The notes beneath the pieces were generated by a model. It was given only the letters and a program-made list of their open reading frames with translations. It did no database searches and had not been told where the DNA came from. DNA of 24,000 bases from an uncultured Gammaproteobacteria bacterium (GTDB taxonomy: Bacteria > Pseudomonadota > Gammaproteobacteria > DSM-5130 > Acidihalobacteraceae), in assembly GCA_963751375.1 (NCBI GenBank), contig CAVVUY010000073.1, positions 9,883-33,882 of the forward strand, written 5' to 3'. Position numbers and translations under genes: made by a program. Shown piece after piece: positions 20,069-24,000 of the stretch. Positions within the stretch are counted from its first letter, which is position 1, and every line of letters begins with the position of its first letter.

Positions 20069-20111
20069 CCCGCCGGCCGGCCGCCGCACGCTCCTCCGGG
20101 ATTCGAACGCA

Positions 20112-20152
20112 GGCGTCCGGCAGTCCGGACCGCCTTTCATTCATTCGTTTTC
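20112..20152 (+). terminator. Possible intrinsic terminator/attenuator between aroG and hisD
   Basis: GGCGTCCGG-cagt-CCGGACCGCC stem (one bulge), followed by the T-rich TTTCATTCATTCGTTTTC. Ends 14 nt before the hisD ATG. Confidence 0.35.
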
Positions 20153-20165
20153 TGGATTCGCAGAC

Positions 20166-21470
20166 ATGCCCGAGATTCATCGACTCGACACCCGTGATGA
20201 AGGTTTCGCCGCGCGTCTGGACGCGCTGCTGTCGTGGGAGAGTGTGGCCGACGATAGAGTGACCTCCATCGTGCACGAGATTCTGGCCGCAGTGCGTACG
20301 CGCGGCGATGCCGCGGTGCTGGAGTATACGGCGCGTTTCGACCGGCTGGAGCTTGCCGCCGGTGCTGAACTGGAGATCCCGCCGGCGCGATTGCAGCAGG
20401 CGTTGGCGAGCATCCCCGGAGCCCAGCGCGACGCGCTGCATACGGCCGCCGCGCGCATTCGCGCCTATGCCGAGCATCAGCGACTGGAGTCCTGGAGCTA
20501 TACCGAGGCCGATGGCACCGTGCTTGGCCAACAGGTCAGTCCGCTGGACCGCGTTGGTCTGTACGTGCCGGGCGGCAAGGCGGCCTATCCCTCCTCGGTG
20601 CTGATGAATGCGGTGCCCGCCAAGGTTGCCGGCGTCGGCGAACTGATCATGGTCGTGCCTACGCCCGGCGGCGAGGTAAACGAACTGGTGCTGGCGGCGG
20701 CGGCGGTGGCCGGCGTCGATCGCGTATTCCGCGTCGGCGGCGCGCAGGCAGTGGCCGCGCTGGCCTACGGCACCGAAACCGTGCCCGCGGTGGACAAGAT
20801 CGTCGGCCCCGGCAACATCTACGTGGCCGCGGCCAAGCGCGAGGTTTTCGGTACCGTCGGAATCGACATGATCGCGGGACCGTCCGAGATCCTGGTGGTG
20901 TGCGACGGGCAGACCGATCCGCACTGGATCGCCGTCGATCTGTTTTCCCAGGCAGAGCACGACGAGGATGCCCAGGCCATTCTGCTGTGCCCCGACGCCG
21001 ACTATATCGAGCGGGTCGCCGAGGCCATGGACGAACTGCTTGCGGACATGCCGCGGGCCGAGATCATTCGCACTTCGCTGCGTACCCGCGGCGCACTGGT
21101 CCGCGTACGCGACCTCGACGAGGCGGTCGAGCTGGCCAACCATATCGCTCCCGAACATCTGGAGCTTTCGGTTGCCGAGCCGGAGTCTCTGGCCGAGCGC
21201 ATTCATCACGCCGGCGCGATGTTCCTGGGGCGCTACACGGCGGAAGCGCTGGGCGATTACTGTGCGGGGCCAAACCACGTGCTGCCGACTTCGCGCACGG
21301 CGCGTTTCGCTTCGCCATTGGGTGTGTACGACTTCCAGAAACGTGCCAGCATCATCCAGTGCTCGGCGCAGGGTTCGCGTGTGCTGGGTGCGACGGCCTC
21401 GGTGCTGGCCCGCGGCGAAGGTCTGGTAGCACACGCACGGTCGGCGGAATACCGGAGCGAAACCGAATGA
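20166..21470 (+). CDS. hisD: Histidinol dehydrogenase
   Basis: 434 aa from [46 protein letters not shown] and [12 protein letters not shown] motifs. The track ORF 20031..21470 has a spurious N-terminal extension. Confidence 0.95.
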   Translation: MPEIHRLDTRDEGFAARLDALLSWESVADDRVTSIVHEILAAVRTRGDAAVLEYTARFDRLELAAGAELEIPPARLQQALASIPGAQRDALHTAAARIRAYAEHQRLESWSYTEADGTVLGQQVSPLDRVGLYVPGGKAAYPSSVLMNAVPAKVAGVGELIMVVPTPGGEVNELVLAAAAVAGVDRVFRVGGAQAVAALAYGTETVPAVDKIVGPGNIYVAAAKREVFGTVGIDMIAGPSEILVVCDGQTDPHWIAVDLFSQAEHDEDAQAILLCPDADYIERVAEAMDELLADMPRAEIIRTSLRTRGALVRVRDLDEAVELANHIAPEHLELSVAEPESLAERIHHAGAMFLGRYTAEALGDYCAGPNHVLPTSRTARFASPLGVYDFQKRASIIQCSAQGSRVLGATASVLARGEGLVAHARSAEYRSETE

Positions 21471-22546
21471 GCCGGTTCTGGAGTCCGGTGGTTGCCGGCC
21501 TGACGCCCTATGTGCCGGGGGAGCAGCCCAAAACGTCCGATCTGGTCAAGCTCAACACCAACGAACATCCCTATGGTCCGTCGCCGCGCGCCGTGGAGGC
21601 CATGCGGGCCGAGTTGGGCGATTCGCTCAAACTGTATCCGGATCCCGAATCGACGCAGGTGAAGGATGCCGCCGCGCGCGTTTGCGGCGTGCGCCCTGGG
21701 CAGGTATTCGTCGGCAACGGTTCCGACGAGGTTTTGGCGCATGCGTTCTTCGCGCTGTTCCAGCACCGGCATCCGCTGCTGTTTCCCGACATCACCTACA
21801 GCTTCTACCCGGTTTACTGCCGGTTGTACGACATCGCATACCGGACCGTACCGCTGGACGAGGCGTTCCGGGTGCGCGTCGACGACTACGCCAAGTCCAA
21901 CGGCGGTATCGTCATCGCCAACCCGAACGCGCCTACCGGGCGCGTGCTCGCGCTGGAGGATATCGAACGCTTGCTGCAGCTGAACACGGATTCGGTGGTG
22001 CTCGTCGACGAGGCCTATATCGACTTCGGCGGCGACAGTGCAGCCTGCCTGATCGATCGCTATCCGAATTTGCTGGTCGTGCGCACGCTGTCCAAGTCCT
22101 ATGCGCTGGCCGGACTTCGCGTCGGTTTCGCGCTGGGCGATGAGGCGCTGATCGAGGGACTGGAACGGGTCAAGAACAGCTTTAACTCCTATCCGCTGGA
22201 TCGCGTGGCGATCGCCGGTGCGAGCGCCGCTCTCGATGACGGGGAGTGGTTCGAGCGCAGTCGGTCCGCGGTGATCACGCAACGCGAGGCCTTGACCACA
22301 GGGCTGGAGGCGCGTGGTTTCGAGGTATTGCCGTCGGCGGCGAATTTCGTCTTTGCCCGCCATCTCGGGCATGAGGCGCAGTCGATCGCCGCCGGATTGA
22401 GGGCCGAGCGGGTCATCGTGCGGCATTTCAAGTCGGCGCGAATCGAGCAGTTCCTGCGCATCAGCGTGGGCACCGAGGAGCAGCATACCCGCCTGTTCGC
22501 GGCGCTCGACACCGTGCTGGCCGGAAGTGCTGCGGGAGTCGACTGA
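21467..22546 (+). CDS. hisC: Histidinol-phosphate aminotransferase
   Basis: 359 aa from [34 protein letters not shown] and the PLP-lysine region [20 protein letters not shown] overlap with the hisD stop. The track ORF 20900..22546 is over-extended. Confidence 0.9.
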   Translation: MSRFWSPVVAGLTPYVPGEQPKTSDLVKLNTNEHPYGPSPRAVEAMRAELGDSLKLYPDPESTQVKDAAARVCGVRPGQVFVGNGSDEVLAHAFFALFQHRHPLLFPDITYSFYPVYCRLYDIAYRTVPLDEAFRVRVDDYAKSNGGIVIANPNAPTGRVLALEDIERLLQLNTDSVVLVDEAYIDFGGDSAACLIDRYPNLLVVRTLSKSYALAGLRVGFALGDEALIEGLERVKNSFNSYPLDRVAIAGASAALDDGEWFERSRSAVITQREALTTGLEARGFEVLPSAANFVFARHLGHEAQSIAAGLRAERVIVRHFKSARIEQFLRISVGTEEQHTRLFAALDTVLAGSAAGVD

Positions 22547-22549
22547 AGC

Positions 22550-23299
22550 ATGGTGCGTCTGCATGAAATGGTAGCCTGGTGCGATGCGCTGCTGCAGCCG
22601 GAGCGTTTTCGCGACTATTGTCCCAACGGGCTACAGGTCGAGGGACGCGATGAGGTGCGCAAGCTGGTGACCGGCGTGACCGCGACCCAGGCGCTGCTCG
22701 ACGCCGCGCTGGAGCTGCGGGCCGACGCCGTGCTCGTGCACCATGGCTATTTCTGGCGCGGAGAGGAACAGCGCGTGACCGGCATGCGCCGCCGGCGTCT
22801 GCGCAGCCTGTTGGCCAACGACGTGAGCCTGATCGCCTATCATCTGCCGTTGGACGCGCACCCCGAGGTGGGCAACAACGCTCAGCTCGCCGCGCGTTTG
22901 GGCTTGCGAGTCGAAGCGCCGCTCAATGCCGAGGGTATCGGCAGCATCGGGCATCTGCCGGAGCCGATGTCCGGCGAGGCTTTCGCACACCATGTTGCCG
23001 ACGTGCTCGGCCGCGAGCCGGTGTGGATCGACGGCGGACCCGATCGCATCGAACGCATCGCCTGGTGCACGGGAGGCGCTCAGGGCTATATCGAGCAGGC
23101 CGCGGCAGCGGGCGTGGACGCCTATCTGAGCGGCGAGCTTTCCGAGCAGACTCCCCATGTGGCGCACGAATGCGGGCTGCACTATTTTGCCGCCGGCCAC
23201 CACGCCACCGAGCGCTACGGCGCACCGGCGTTGGGCGAGCGCCTCGCCGCGGTATTCGATATTGAGCATCGTTTCGTCGACATCGACAATCCCGCCTAG
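22550..23299 (+). CDS. Nif3-like dinuclear metal centre protein (YbgI / GTP cyclohydrolase 1 type 2 homologue)
   Basis: 249 aa. DYCPNGLQVEG, AVLVHHGYFW, AYHLPLDAH and AAGHHATERYG motifs of the NIF3 family. Starts 3 nt after the hisC stop. Confidence 0.85.
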   Translation: MVRLHEMVAWCDALLQPERFRDYCPNGLQVEGRDEVRKLVTGVTATQALLDAALELRADAVLVHHGYFWRGEEQRVTGMRRRRLRSLLANDVSLIAYHLPLDAHPEVGNNAQLAARLGLRVEAPLNAEGIGSIGHLPEPMSGEAFAHHVADVLGREPVWIDGGPDRIERIAWCTGGAQGYIEQAAAAGVDAYLSGELSEQTPHVAHECGLHYFAAGHHATERYGAPALGERLAAVFDIEHRFVDIDNPA

Positions 23300-23371
23300 T
23301 GCGTGTGTTCGCCCGCAGAGTCAGCGGCAACGCGCTGCTCACGGGCGATTAGTCACCTAGAATCGATGCAA

Positions 23372-23406
23372 GCTGGTACTATGAAAGACATATAGCAGTA
23401 CCAGCC
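23372..23406. other. Isolated hairpin in the low-GC spacer (GCTGGTACT..AGTACCAGC)
   Basis: 9-bp perfect stem GCTGGTACT/AGTACCAGC, extendable by AT/AT across a 2-nt bulge, with a ~9-nt A-rich loop. No flanking U-run on either strand. Confidence 0.3.
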
Positions 23407-23733
23407 CATGGTCCGACGAGCGGCTCGCGTCTGACCTTTGGCTTGTAACTATGCGCTGTTCGAGTAAGAACAAGGCTGGCCGGAGGCGGCACTCCCGCGA
23501 AGTGGTTGCCGTTCATTTCCTCGGGTAGGGATGCGGCAAGCATGAAGGTCATAGGCGTTTGCGTGTAGTTCTGCAAACTTTGGGTCGCGCCCGAAAGGGA
23601 CGGGGCTGCGGTCGGGAACGTATGCGTTCGCGGCGGCATTATCGAGGCAATTGGCGACTCGGTCCCCGGCACATCGGACGCGATCGCTCGGGCACGCCAA
23701 AGGCGGCGTCCGGCTGATAACGGGGTACAGAGA

Positions 23734-24000
23734 ATGAGTCTGGTTGCCAATCGACGCTCGGTCATGACGCTTTTTTCGGCACCCGATTGCCCGGACAGCC
23801 ACCGCGTGCGGATCGTGATCGCCGAAAAGGACATCACGGCCGACATCATTCAGATCGACCGCACGCACATGTCGGAGGATCTGACCGACCTCAATCCCTA
23901 CAATTCCGTGCCTACGCTGGTCGACCGCGACCTGGTGCTCTACGATTCGCGCCTGATCATCGAATACCTGGACGAGCGTTTTCCGCATCCGCCGCTGATG
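23734..24000 (+). CDS. sspA: Stringent starvation protein A (GST-like), N-terminal part; runs off the window
   Basis: Not in the track (no stop in window). [89 protein letters not shown] is collinear with E. coli SspA (..[57 protein letters not shown]). Confidence 0.9.
   Translation, partial: [89 protein letters not shown]

Noticed and set aside
20098-20108. GGATTCGAAC (reverse complement GTTCGAATCC), a tRNA T-loop-like motif between aroG and hisD that could be a tRNA-fragment att site.
   Set aside because: The flanks do not form a T-stem or an acceptor stem. There is no tRNA gene or integrase in the window. An 11-nt match is expected by chance.
23300-23733. Whether the spacer is a known housekeeping RNA: RNase P RNA, tmRNA, 6S, 4.5S or tRNA.
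   Set aside because: None of the conserved blocks I know are present on either strand (GAGGAAAGTCC for RNase P, the GGGGCTGA 5' end plus tag ORF for tmRNA, the SRP GGAA loop helix, or a 7-nt T-loop with paired stem).

Overview
High-GC (roughly mid-60s % by eye) proteobacterial chromosome segment that reads as a conserved housekeeping locus. Gene order closely resembles the gammaproteobacterial rpoN/lpt/kds, mla, murA and his neighbourhood. Minus strand (1-11945): ptsI (5' part), ptsH, EIIA(Man), rapZ, hprK, ptsN, hpf, rpoN, lptB, lptA, lptC, kdsC, kdsD, yrbG, then an SDR epimerase and a luciferase-like (LLM) oxidoreductase. Plus strand (12053-24000): a DUF72-like ORF, mlaFEDCB, murA, hisG, an aroG-type DAHP synthase, hisD, hisC, a Nif3/YbgI-like gene and sspA (5' part). 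I see no transposase, integrase, CRISPR array, tRNA/rRNA or recognisable defence or toxin system, so I cannot claim a new protein system here. Four things are not explained by routine annotation. (1) rpoN is split across two frames by what looks like a single-base indel near 5139. (2) The 1.1 kb hisG-aroG spacer is almost entirely a ~0.93 kb imperfect palindrome: two diverged inverted copies of a hairpin-rich ~0.45 kb non-coding unit, whose arms differ by compensatory stem substitutions. (3) aroG plus that palindrome interrupt the usually contiguous hisG-hisD. (4) A lower-GC, ORF-less 434 bp spacer lies upstream of sspA. Many long ORFs in the six-frame track are opposite-strand or off-frame artefacts of high GC, and several real genes carry spurious N-terminal extensions that I trimmed. 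All identities and alignments are by eye; no searches were run.
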